From Candidatus Aenigmatarchaeota archaeon (lineage in GTDB: Archaea > Aenigmatarchaeota > Aenigmatarchaeia > CG10238-14 > SCSR01), in the NCBI GenBank assembly GCA_039091335.1, contig JAWCME010000005.1:1-27921 (forward strand): DNA of 27,921 bases, given 5' to 3'. Made by a program: the position numbers and the translations under genes. Shown here one piece after another: positions 1-8,936 of this stretch (its first letter is position 1; every line of letters begins with the position of its first letter). The notes under the pieces are model-generated. The model did not search any database. It was not told the DNA's origin and was given only the letters and a program-made list of their open reading frames with translations.

Positions 1-406
1 TCTCAAGTGTAAATTCCATGTGTAGCTTACCTTCTGAATCTGCTTGTGCATAAAACATTACACGGTTGTCGTATGCTGGTCCACTGTTAAGTGGTTCCCA
101 TAATGTGCAGTACTCTCCTTTATTAACAAGTTCGACTCTGTACCAATTTCCAGGCGTCAGCCCTTCTGCATCGATGTATTTTGGCCCTAGTTGGTTCTCG
201 AAGTTGTAGAAAACTCCCGTTGCACCTTCATCTTTGCATTGCCAATCGTTTTCAGGATCTTTCTCACACATATTGACTTTTGTAACTGGTGATATCAATC
301 TTATGAACTCTTCCACTACGCTTATGAAAATACAAAATTTAGGTTGAGAAGAAGAGTTCACGTTTTCGCCCAAATTGATATGTTCATTTTTTATCAATTT
401 ACCCAC
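1..406 (-). CDS. Hypothetical protein, partial (runs off the window edge); start uncertain
   Basis: Manual translation gives a stop-free minus frame from GTG at 406 to position 2 (...SPVTKVNMCEKDPENDWQCKDEGATGVFYNFENQLGPKYIDAEGLTPGNWYRVELV...). Absent from the ORF track because no stop lies in the window. Confidence 0.6.
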   Translation of the reverse strand, partial: MGKLIKNEHINLGENVNSSSQPKFCIFISVVEEFIRLISPVTKVNMCEKDPENDWQCKDEGATGVFYNFENQLGPKYIDAEGLTPGNWYRVELVNKGEYCTLWEPLNSGPAYDNRVMFYAQADSEGKLHMEFTLE

Positions 407-462
407 TAAATATTATAAGCGAGCGCCTGAAGTTTAATTAGTTTAAAAATTTAAAGATAATT

Positions 463-996
463 ATGGCAAGAAAAAATTTGAAAAAAAATAGAAGGATGAT
501 AGTAATTTTCTCAATTTTATTAGTAGCAGCTATTTTTTACGTTTTATTCAGAAATTTTCTATTCCCTGAGATTATTGAAATTAAAGAGCTTTCAACAATT
601 GGATTTGTAGAGGTTGGAGTTTCTGTTAATGTTTCTGAAACAGAGGGAATAATCTCTCTTTCAGACGGATGCAGAGAAATTTATATGAGCATTGATACAT
701 CACAGGCTATTTCTATAGAGAATGGAATGAATAGGATTATAAAGATAAGGCCAAACACACATGACTTAATGAACGATTTGTTAGAAGGATTTGGAATAAA
801 GGTTTTGATGGTAAAAATAGTTGAGATGAGAGATAATACCTACTTCTCGAAGCTTATCCTAAGGAAAGGAAATGTTATATTAAGTTTAGATTCAAGACCA
901 AGCGATGCTATTGCAATAGCAGCAAGAACAAGCTATATGGTTCCAATCTATGTGAAAGAAGATTTACTCGAAGAATATGGTAAAAAAATATGTTAG
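463..996 (+). CDS. Bifunctional nuclease family (DUF151/BFN) protein with N-terminal transmembrane anchor
   Basis: Family motifs RPNTHDL and DSRPSDAIAIA; basic N-terminus followed by hydrophobic IVIFSILLVAAIFYVLF. Confidence 0.85.
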   Translation: MARKNLKKNRRMIVIFSILLVAAIFYVLFRNFLFPEIIEIKELSTIGFVEVGVSVNVSETEGIISLSDGCREIYMSIDTSQAISIENGMNRIIKIRPNTHDLMNDLLEGFGIKVLMVKIVEMRDNTYFSKLILRKGNVILSLDSRPSDAIAIAARTSYMVPIYVKEDLLEEYGKKIC

Positions 997-1271
997 CTCT
1001 TTAGTGCTTCCTTAAATTTCTCTCTAAACTCATTTAGCTGTGAAATTATTCTGTTGCAAGCCTTTTCTAAAGCGTTTATCGGATTACCTCTATTTACCTT
1101 TACAAATATCTTTGGTTCAGAAAGATAGGGATGTTCTTTTATATACGCTGCCTCTGTTACGTTTTCATCCTTCCATAAATCTTCTCTTATAAGATTTGCC
1201 AGGGTTAAGGATTCTCCAACCATTTCCAAAACAATTGTTTTTTCTTCTTCTTTCACTTTTTTTAATTCCAT
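993..1271 (-). CDS. rpoL: DNA-directed RNA polymerase subunit L (Rpo11)
   Basis: 92 aa; GESLTLANL, AAYIKEHPY and C-terminal helix match RpoL/Rpb11. Confidence 0.92.
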   Translation of the reverse strand: MELKKVKEEEKTIVLEMVGESLTLANLIREDLWKDENVTEAAYIKEHPYLSEPKIFVKVNRGNPINALEKACNRIISQLNEFREKFKEALKS

Positions 1272-1279
1272 CCAATCAC

Positions 1280-1900
1280 TTAATTTATTCTTTCTATCAC
1301 ATATAAATCAACATCATACCTTACTATTGGTTTTTTGTGAAACTTAAATGTATATGGTAGAGCAAACTTAAATTTTATTACATTTCTTACAAAACCACCA
1401 TTTTCTTCAACAAATTTTATTAAGAACTCCCTCGTTTTTTTGTAACCACCCCTATGTAAGGAATATATTTTTTCACCACACTCCAAAGCCTTTTTTAAAA
1501 AAACCCTATCTGCATGAATTGTCTGAATTCCAAACGGAGGGTTTTGCAGTATGGTGTCCGCTTTAGAATTCCATTTTTCAATGTCACAACAAACAAAAAA
1601 TAGATTTTCTCTTTCTAGACCAATTTCCCTTTTATTTTCTACTGCAGTTTTTAAAACAACCTTATCTATATCTATACCAACAACACTCTTTGCTCCTAGG
1701 AGTGATGCCCCTATTGCAAGCCTTCCTGATCCTGTGCCAAAATCAAAAACATCTTTATCCTTTATATCTCCATGCAAATAGGCAAGGTTTAAAATTTCTG
1801 CTGCCAAGTCTCCTGGGATTGTGTACTGCTCTAAACTAGGTTTTGGCGATTTTGGTTCTTTTAATTTAGAAAGTATTATAGCAAGAGATTTTTTATCCAT
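1280..1900 (-). CDS. METTL5-family N6-adenine RNA methyltransferase
   Basis: LEQY motif, SAM-binding DFGTGSG, catalytic NPPFG, C-terminal FKFHKK. Confidence 0.9.
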   Translation of the reverse strand: MDKKSLAIILSKLKEPKSPKPSLEQYTIPGDLAAEILNLAYLHGDIKDKDVFDFGTGSGRLAIGASLLGAKSVVGIDIDKVVLKTAVENKREIGLERENLFFVCCDIEKWNSKADTILQNPPFGIQTIHADRVFLKKALECGEKIYSLHRGGYKKTREFLIKFVEENGGFVRNVIKFKFALPYTFKFHKKPIVRYDVDLYVIERIN

Positions 1901-1936
1901 ATAAATTCGTTTGAATCCTTAGGTTTAAATCAATTT

Positions 1937-2845
1937 TCAGTCTAAGTCTTCAATGTTTATCATAGGTATTTTATACCTTTCTAAATCATCTATGCCTATG
2001 CGTGGACAGGCCGCATTTATCAAAAAATCCAGCTTTAAGCCCTCTATTTTCTCAGGAGTTATTTCATCCATTGCAATCAAATAAACTGTTTTTCCCTTTT
2101 TTTCAAGCCTTTTCTTAAGGCTGAAAAAATTTCTTTTTATTTGTCCAACCTTCCAACTTACCAAAATCCCCACATTCCTTGATTCTTCAAGCCTGGATTT
2201 ATTCCAAACAATTATTTTTCTAATTTTTTTTCTAAAATCTTCCAAATTCACAATTTCATTACTTTCTAGGTCAAGATTAAAGACAGGTTTTTCAGTAGCA
2301 AGAACTATTCCCAACCCATAAAATTTTCCAGCGGAGATGCATAGAAAACATTCTACTTTATCCTCAATTTTTTTTGCTGCTTCTAAGTTACACCCCAATA
2401 TTTGGCCTGGGTATTTTAAGGCCTTGTGAACAAAAACAACCTTCCCTTTTTTTTCAAGATATTCCTTCACTTTTGGTATTGTTTTAACAAACTGTATGCT
2501 TGTTATTAGGCCTATTTTTTTAAAATTTTCTAGCTTGAGAAAATCCTTTTCCAGAGCTATATGAGGGTCTGAATCCATGAAATATTCCCAATATATTACA
2601 GGGATTTTAGTATGGACAATTTTTTCATGTCCTATATGTAGAATTGCATCACATCCAAGACGCTTAGCTTCGAATTCTCTTATATCACAACTTCCAAAAC
2701 ATGGCTCACAACATATCACAGTCTCAAAACCTTCTTTTTTCAGTTTTTCTGCTATATCTTGAATCCTTAGTTTCAGTCCCTCTCCAAACTGAATGAAAAC
2801 CCTTTTAGCTTTTAGTTTTCTAAGCTTATTTATTACTTTCTTCAT
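1937..2845 (-). CDS. dph2: Diphthamide biosynthesis enzyme Dph2
   Basis: Three Fe-S cysteine motifs (CFGSCD, GQILGCN, ACPRI) and HIGH. Start set at ATG 2845, which overlaps the rhomboid stop as ATGA. Confidence 0.92.
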   Translation of the reverse strand: MKKVINKLRKLKAKRVFIQFGEGLKLRIQDIAEKLKKEGFETVICCEPCFGSCDIREFEAKRLGCDAILHIGHEKIVHTKIPVIYWEYFMDSDPHIALEKDFLKLENFKKIGLITSIQFVKTIPKVKEYLEKKGKVVFVHKALKYPGQILGCNLEAAKKIEDKVECFLCISAGKFYGLGIVLATEKPVFNLDLESNEIVNLEDFRKKIRKIIVWNKSRLEESRNVGILVSWKVGQIKRNFFSLKKRLEKKGKTVYLIAMDEITPEKIEGLKLDFLINAACPRIGIDDLERYKIPMINIEDLD

Positions 2846-3489
2846 AAAAACAACTCGATCAAGTATGGCAGTAAAATTATTAGAATACAAATAGAAATAA
2901 ATATGATTAGCCTTTTAATTCTTTTCTTTCCCCAAACAAAACCGAGGAAAGAGCCAGCAATCATACCAAACAAATGGGCAGGATAGGCTATTTGAGAAGC
3001 TTCGAATAGCATAGATAGAGTGAAGAGAAAGTAGATTGCTCCTGCTAGAACAAATGGTATAGGAATTAAACTGCCAAATATCACGAGCCTTCCAGGACAA
3101 ACAAAAGTCCCCAATCCAACTAATGCAGAAATAGCGGCCGAGGCACCAACGCTTATGCTTTCAGTTGTATAACCAAAAATAGGTATGAAAACGGAAAGGT
3201 TTCCAATTATTCCTCCAAGAAAATAAGCAGTCAAATACCTACTTTTTTTTACCTTTGATTCAAGGGAAAGTCCCAAGAAAAATAATGCAATCATGTTGAA
3301 AACTAAATGGTATATGTCTGCATGAAGGAAGAATGAAGTAATCAATGTATGATAATTTCCGTTCAAAAAATTATTAATACTGAATCCGTATTCAAGCGCA
3401 TACTTTTCGTTTATGACAAAACCATTTGAGCTAATAGCAAATACAGCTATGTTTGTTAATATGAGTAAAAGGGTTAAATTAATCCTCAT
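2842..3489 (-). CDS. Rhomboid family intramembrane serine protease
   Basis: HADIYHLVFNM, catalytic GASAA, AHLFG; multiple hydrophobic helices. Confidence 0.92.
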   Translation of the reverse strand: MRINLTLLLILTNIAVFAISSNGFVINEKYALEYGFSINNFLNGNYHTLITSFFLHADIYHLVFNMIALFFLGLSLESKVKKSRYLTAYFLGGIIGNLSVFIPIFGYTTESISVGASAAISALVGLGTFVCPGRLVIFGSLIPIPFVLAGAIYFLFTLSMLFEASQIAYPAHLFGMIAGSFLGFVWGKKRIKRLIIFISICILIILLPYLIELFL

Positions 3490-3506
3490 TTAAATATAAA
3501 TTTGTA

Positions 3507-3758
3507 ATGGAAGATAAAATTTCATCGGAAGTTGAGAAGAAAGGATACTTACTTTTTAAAGAGGGGAAGATTAAAAAAGAACTGGAAACTGAAAGAAGGA
3601 TACATTTTAAAATTTTTGGAAAAAGCAATGTACATTCTGTTATATTTGATAAAGTAAAAAATGAATTTAACTGTGATTGCAAGTATTCAACGCTTAAGTT
3701 TAAAGAGTGTTCGCACATATTCGCATCAAAGCTGTTTATGAAACACAAAAAAAACTAA
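3507..3758 (+). CDS. SWIM-type zinc finger protein
   Basis: CxC-x9-CxH pattern (CDC...ECSH) in an 83-aa ORF. Confidence 0.7.
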   Translation: MEDKISSEVEKKGYLLFKEGKIKKELETERRIHFKIFGKSNVHSVIFDKVKNEFNCDCKYSTLKFKECSHIFASKLFMKHKKN

Positions 3759-6112
3759 TTTTTAAAACATTCTGGCTCTTTCCTATTTTTAAAACACACA
3801 TTTCCCTTAACACATGCAACCATAAGTATTATTACAATCAATATTAAAAGAGAGGAATAGAATAGAATAGCAACATCCTCTTTAGCCTGTGTCTCCTCTT
3901 TGTCCTTTATTGTTATGTATTCCACTTTCTCATAATATCTCTTGGGCTCTTCAAAAAATATTTGGATTTGAGGTTTTTCGGGTCCACACTTTCCAACATT
4001 CATCCACCCAACGCTGCAATCAGAATATCTAAATAATTGCTGCCTTTCAGTATCAAAACATCTAAACACATTGAGAGATTCAGCCTTACAAGTTTCTAAG
4101 ACAGTAGTTACTACATTTCTTGTTATAATTTTTTCTCTGTAAACATTCGTCTCTAGGGGCAATGGGTTTACCCTTACTATTACAGTATCGTTTGCTTTTT
4201 CTCCTTTGTTATCTGTTACTGTTAGTAAAATTACATGAGTTCCAACAGAGAAGATTTTAGTAAAAATCATCGAATTGCTTAATATTGTTTTGTCATCCCT
4301 CCATTCATAAGAAGTTATATAGCCGTCCGGGTCATAAGAAGCAGCTGCAGATAAAGTAACTTCCTCTCCCTCTCTTACAATTTGGTCAGGTCCTGCATTT
4401 GCTACCGGCTTTTTATTTGTCCTTGAGACATATACAGATCCTATTAAAGTTCTTGGCAACACACAATTGCTTCCTGCCTCACTTGCATCAACATAAACAT
4501 TATAACTTCCATCGATCCAGGAAAGCGTGTTGAAACTAAACATTCTTTCATCTGTCGCTCCAGAATAAGGAAAGGTAAATATTTTTGTTAGTTTTGGGTC
4601 TTTTTCCATCTCAACATAAACGTTTACAATTGCGTTTGGGTCAAGATTTTGGTAGGTCATCTTTAACTTGATAAAAATGTCTAAATTTTCTTCAGAAGTT
4701 ATATGGGGTTTAAAAATTTTATAATCAACCAACTCAATCCTACAGGTAGGAGTAGGTTTTGCTAAGCAACTTCCTTCATAACACCCATACTCACAATACT
4801 CTATATCCCTCCACCCAACGCTGCAATCAGAATATATATACTGCTGTCTTATGTAATTTCCGTAGCAATAAGGGCTTCCTATATATTTGGGCTCACATGT
4901 TTTTCTATCTAGACAAATTGTGTAGTATGATGTTTGAGAAGGGTAAACTTTTACAGTTATAACATTTGGATAATAGTTTGTTTTACTAACACTTACTATA
5001 TAACTCCCGCTAGTTAAAGAAAAACTCGCATAGCCATCCCAGTCAGTATAGGAAGTTTTTGAATCAACCTCAATTCTTGCATTCTCTATATTATCCAAGG
5101 TATAGCAATCCTTTATCCTTAAACTTAAAGTTCCAATAGCATCACAAGATACTATTGAAAAGGATTTTGATTTTTCTTTTTTGTAAGGATCACAACTAGC
5201 ACTTGCAATAACCTTAACTATAGGGTCTCTAACTCCATAGACGGAAGTATCTATCAACCTATCAAAGGTTACAATTTTAGAAAAACCAACTGGTATTTCT
5301 ACATATTTTATTTCATAAAAACTGTTGTCTACATAATACATCACACTAACTATTGGGTCCACGTTTCCACTAACAGAAATCTCTGCCCTTACCCTAATCC
5401 TATCCCCAATACAAAAATTAGATGGGTCTACATTCTCTCTTTCTAGAAAAATTCTGTCTATGCTAACATAACAAGATGGTTCGGGTGTGCTAGGAACACA
5501 TCCTCCATTCTGACAAACTTGGCCTGAAGGACAGTTTTCTATTTCAACAACCCATCCTGTGCCTTCTGGATTGCATCTTTCATATTGTAGTTGTGTATCG
5601 CACAAACAAACATAATTCCTAGTCTGTCCAGGAGTGCAAATCTTTGGCTTTTCCTCAAAACTTTCAAGACAACTTCCCATTCCTGTATTTCCTTCAAAAA
5701 CTTCTATCCTGACTTGCTCAGTTTTGTAGCCATTTTTTGTTATGCTGACATAATAACTTCCAACAGGGAGTTGAATAGAAGCCTTTCCGTCAATTCCAGA
5801 ATATAATATGTAATTGTTAATACCAATAATCTCTATTTTGGCATTATAAATTGGTTTTTTTGTAGAGCAATCGGTAACTTTTATGTTAAGCGTTCCTAAT
5901 AATTGAATTGGGGAGCAGCATACCTGACCACCAGAACATTCACCAACACCAACATTTTCATAATTACTTGGGCAAGAATAATAGCACCATCCCCCTTTAT
6001 TTTCAACTTGACAAAAACCGTTCGGTTCTGGTAGTCTATCTTCGCTCCTTCCAAGGTTCAATCCTGAAAAATAAAGAAATAATAAAATAATTAAAAATAG
6101 TGTTTTTTTCAT
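3755..6112 (-). CDS. Cys-rich cell-surface protein with two carboxypeptidase-regulatory/PEGA-like domains, Ig-like domains, a PKD domain and a C-terminal TM anchor
   Basis: Signal peptide MKKTLFLIILLFLYF from ATG 6112; two GTLxxxxxDC...GSY.VS..K..Y units; PKD motif PVANAGPDQ...SYDPDG.I.SYEW; TM helix near the C-terminus. Confidence 0.8.
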   Translation of the reverse strand: MKKTLFLIILLFLYFSGLNLGRSEDRLPEPNGFCQVENKGGWCYYSCPSNYENVGVGECSGGQVCCSPIQLLGTLNIKVTDCSTKKPIYNAKIEIIGINNYILYSGIDGKASIQLPVGSYYVSITKNGYKTEQVRIEVFEGNTGMGSCLESFEEKPKICTPGQTRNYVCLCDTQLQYERCNPEGTGWVVEIENCPSGQVCQNGGCVPSTPEPSCYVSIDRIFLERENVDPSNFCIGDRIRVRAEISVSGNVDPIVSVMYYVDNSFYEIKYVEIPVGFSKIVTFDRLIDTSVYGVRDPIVKVIASASCDPYKKEKSKSFSIVSCDAIGTLSLRIKDCYTLDNIENARIEVDSKTSYTDWDGYASFSLTSGSYIVSVSKTNYYPNVITVKVYPSQTSYYTICLDRKTCEPKYIGSPYCYGNYIRQQYIYSDCSVGWRDIEYCEYGCYEGSCLAKPTPTCRIELVDYKIFKPHITSEENLDIFIKLKMTYQNLDPNAIVNVYVEMEKDPKLTKIFTFPYSGATDERMFSFNTLSWIDGSYNVYVDASEAGSNCVLPRTLIGSVYVSRTNKKPVANAGPDQIVREGEEVTLSAAASYDPDGYITSYEWRDDKTILSNSMIFTKIFSVGTHVILLTVTDNKGEKANDTVIVRVNPLPLETNVYREKIITRNVVTTVLETCKAESLNVFRCFDTERQQLFRYSDCSVGWMNVGKCGPEKPQIQIFFEEPKRYYEKVEYITIKDKEETQAKEDVAILFYSSLLILIVIILMVACVKGNVCFKNRKEPECFKN

Positions 6113-6153
6113 ATGAAAAAAATAAATAAAAAAAGATTTAAGTCTATAGAACG

Positions 6154-7449
6154 CTACGGGGAAATGCGATTTCTGTCTCTGGGAAAAAGACAAACCTCTC
6201 TTATGTTACTTTTGCCTGTTATTGCCATGGTTATTCTTTCTAGTCCAATGCTCCATCCAGCATGCTCCACACTGCCATACCTAAAAGAATCAATATAAAA
6301 CTTAAAATCTTCTGGATTAAGTCCTTTCTCACCAATTCTTTTTATCAATAAATCCGGAGAATGTATCCTTTGTGTACCGGAGGATATTTCTATTCCATTG
6401 TAAATTAGGTCAAAGGCCTTACAAACCCTTGGGTTTTTTTCGATAGGCATGGCATAGAATGCTTTTATTTCTGAAGGCCATTCTGTCAAGAAAAAAGAAT
6501 TTCCAAAAAGATTTGAAAGCATTTTTTCCTGCGTCTTTGAAAAATCTTCACCCCATTCTATTTTTTCACCCCTATTATTAAGGGCCTCTATGGCTTTTGT
6601 ATAACTTACCCTTTTTAGAGGAAGTTTTGGAATTTCTATTTTTCTTTTTAATATCTCTAGCTCCTCCTTACAGTTTTCCCCCACTTCTTTTAAAATGTTT
6701 AAAAAACACTCTTCCAACAATTTCATCGCTGCTTTGTCATCAGAAAACGCCTGTTCAACGTCCATCTGCCTTATTTCGTTCAAATGGGTTGGCTGGTCGA
6801 ATTTTTCAGCTCTGAAAACAGGTGTTACGCAGAAAACCCTTTCAAATGCAATTGCGCAAATCTGTTTATAAAGTTGTGGGGATTGCGCAAGGAAAGCTTT
6901 TTTTTCAAAGTAAGGTAATTCAAATAACTCTGCCCCACCTTCGCTTGCTGAAGAAATTATTATTGGGGGTTGAATTTCTATGTAACCTCTTTTAAACAGA
7001 AAGTCTCTAAAAGATTTAACAATCTGAGACTGAATCTTAAAAATTGAGTATGATTCCCTAGTTCTTAAATCTAAAAACCTATTGTCAAGTCTCGTGTCAA
7101 GATTTGCTGGAGTTACTCCCCTTGGGTCTAGTGGAAGGGGCTTTGCGGCTTTTGATAAGATTTCAATTTTTTTTGGGATGATTTCAACACCATACTTTGC
7201 TATTTTGCTTTTTACAACCTTCCCACTAACTCGCAACACATCCTCTTGATGAAGTTTGTTTAAAATTTCCAAAATTTTCTTTGAAACTGTTTTTTTTGGG
7301 GCAGTAATTTGCACAATACCGTTCTTGTCTCTGAGTAGAATGAAATTTATCCCACCCATGACTCTTACATCATAACACCAACCACATACAACAACATTTT
7401 TTCCTATCATCTTTTTTAACTCGCTAGAATAGTGTCTTTTTTTCATCAT
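6154..7449 (-). CDS. aspS: Aspartyl-tRNA synthetase, archaeal type
   Basis: OB anticodon domain (GW...LRD..G.VQ), EGGAELF, LAQSPQLYKQ, FRAE, GLER, FPRD. Confidence 0.95.
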   Translation of the reverse strand: MMKKRHYSSELKKMIGKNVVVCGWCYDVRVMGGINFILLRDKNGIVQITAPKKTVSKKILEILNKLHQEDVLRVSGKVVKSKIAKYGVEIIPKKIEILSKAAKPLPLDPRGVTPANLDTRLDNRFLDLRTRESYSIFKIQSQIVKSFRDFLFKRGYIEIQPPIIISSASEGGAELFELPYFEKKAFLAQSPQLYKQICAIAFERVFCVTPVFRAEKFDQPTHLNEIRQMDVEQAFSDDKAAMKLLEECFLNILKEVGENCKEELEILKRKIEIPKLPLKRVSYTKAIEALNNRGEKIEWGEDFSKTQEKMLSNLFGNSFFLTEWPSEIKAFYAMPIEKNPRVCKAFDLIYNGIEISSGTQRIHSPDLLIKRIGEKGLNPEDFKFYIDSFRYGSVEHAGWSIGLERITMAITGKSNIREVCLFPRDRNRISP

Positions 7450-7480
7450 AAGTAATAATTCTGTTTTTTTAATTTTTAAA

Positions 7481-7717
7481 CTATAGATTGTAAACTAGAA
7501 TCCAAACCAAAATCCAGAACAGCAAAAAACTTATAAGGCTGTTATAAAATACTGCCCTCTTTTTCTTCCTGTAAAGCTTGGAAAAGAACAAAAAAGAAAT
7601 TAAGTATATTAGAATTGGTATAGGGATGGCGTATACTGGGCCAAAAATTGTTGAAAAAATTCCACAAAAAACACCAAGACAAATAAATGTCAGAATTAAA
7701 ATTTTTTCATCCCTCAT
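7481..7717 (-). CDS. Small 3-TM membrane protein, possibly archaeal EMC6-like
   Basis: Three hydrophobic segments and the terminal FLLFWILVWILVYNL pattern, recalled as typical of EMC6/Rab5ip-like proteins; needs a profile search. Confidence 0.5.
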   Translation of the reverse strand: MRDEKILILTFICLGVFCGIFSTIFGPVYAIPIPILIYLISFLFFSKLYRKKKRAVFYNSLISFLLFWILVWILVYNL

Positions 7718-7720
7718 GAT

Positions 7721-8412
7721 TTAAATTTTAATCTTCTTAAAGAAATCCTTTAGCTTTTTTTGCCAAGACTTTTCTTGAAGCATCTGAAATGTTATCCAAC
7801 TTTTTCTAACGTATGGTGGAAGCTCCTCTCTTTCCTTAATAATTTTTTTTACGAACTCTATTGTGCGTTGGTCATGACTATAACCAACACCGATTTCTAC
7901 TCCTTCCTTCCTTTCTATTTCCTTTATTGCATCGTCTCTTGAAACCTTTGCTATAATAGAGGCGGCGCCAACAATAGGATATCTCTCGTCAGCATAATTT
8001 TCGACGACAAGTTCAAAATTGTTTTCTGGAAGATACTCTAAAATCATCTTCTTAAATTTTTCTGGGTTTGATGTCAAAGAATCTATGTAAACCTTGTTTG
8101 CGTTACTCATGCTAATTACTTCTGCCATCTTCATCGCTTCTATTCTATCAAGATTTATGTTTCTAGCTCTATAGGAATCTATCTTGCATGCTGGTACTCT
8201 TAGTATGATGATATTTCTAGCAATTTCTTCTATTTTTCTAGCAATTTCTTCCCTTTGCTTTGGCAAAAGTTCTTTTGAATCTTTTACTCCAATTTTTCTT
8301 AATTTTTTTTCGTCCCTGCTTTCTATAACAACTCCAGCTATTACCATCGGACCTATCAAAGCTCCACGGCCTGCTTAACGTTAAGATTCTCGTCCAAGCC
8401 GCAGACTAGTAT
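7721..8412 (-). CDS. rnhB: Ribonuclease HII, intron-containing: join(8412..8389, 8374..7721), 225 aa after splicing, ATA start
   Basis: Removing 8375-8388 gives (M)LVCGLDEAGRGALIGPMVIAG, the RNase HII catalytic motif. Also VKDSK, AASIIAKVSRD and a C-terminal PIP box QKKLKDFF. Confidence 0.92.
8375..8388 (-). other. Putative 14-nt mRNA micro-intron (relaxed BHB/BHL type) in rnhB: AATCTTAACGTTAA
   Basis: 11-bp exon-exon stem, 4-bp central helix GACG/CGUU, and 3-nt segments AG^A and AA^G. Cutting after the second nucleotide restores the frame and DEAGRG. Confidence 0.85.
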
Positions 8413-8416
8413 AAAA

Positions 8417-8424
8417 TCACCTCC
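8417..8424 (-). promoter_or_regulatory. Shine-Dalgarno site of rnhB
   Basis: GGAGGTGA ends 4 nt upstream of the in-frame ATA at 8412. Confidence 0.8.
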
Positions 8425-8936
8425 TAAATTTTGTATAAAATTAAAATTGTTACAATAATTATTAATATCAGACTTGGAACGTGAGACCTTTTGTGTCTTA
8501 TCAAATAATTTGGATTTTCGGCCAAATATCCAACAGGCAGTGCCCCCCTTATCTTCGATTTTATTAATGGGGGAAACAAGAAAACACCATTTTTATCAAG
8601 CGCGTCAAGAAGAATATGTGAAATTAATGGGATGAATGATGCTTCCAATCCAAAAAATGGTGTTAAAAAAAGACCAATTAAAAAAACACCAAAAAAACTA
8701 TGAATCCATGTTCTTGGCCTATATGAAAGCCTTAGAAAAATCCTTTTCTTTCGTGTTTTAAAAAATTCCTCAAAAATTTTTTCATAATGAATTTCTTTCT
8801 TTCTTCCCTCAATTTTATCGTAGATGTAGCCTAGGATATGATCGATGTCGAGTATGCAAGACAAAAAAGGAACAGCAATATTTTCTATTTTTGTATATAG
8901 CCAAATTCCAACAGCAAAATGCGCCAATAAGTCCAT
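8424..8936 (-). CDS. Membrane-bound metal-dependent hydrolase (YdjM-like)
   Basis: N-terminal H, DIDH, R...HS and SHILLD motifs among hydrophobic helices. Confidence 0.75.
   Translation of the reverse strand: MDLLAHFAVGIWLYTKIENIAVPFLSCILDIDHILGYIYDKIEGRKKEIHYEKIFEEFFKTRKKRIFLRLSYRPRTWIHSFFGVFLIGLFLTPFFGLEASFIPLISHILLDALDKNGVFLFPPLIKSKIRGALPVGYLAENPNYLIRHKRSHVPSLILIIIVTILILYKI

Noticed and set aside
7721..8412. rnhB as a frameshifted pseudogene or sequencing error
   Set aside because: The insert is a 14-nt non-homopolymer whose ends coincide with EndA cut positions, and all downstream motifs and the SD are intact.
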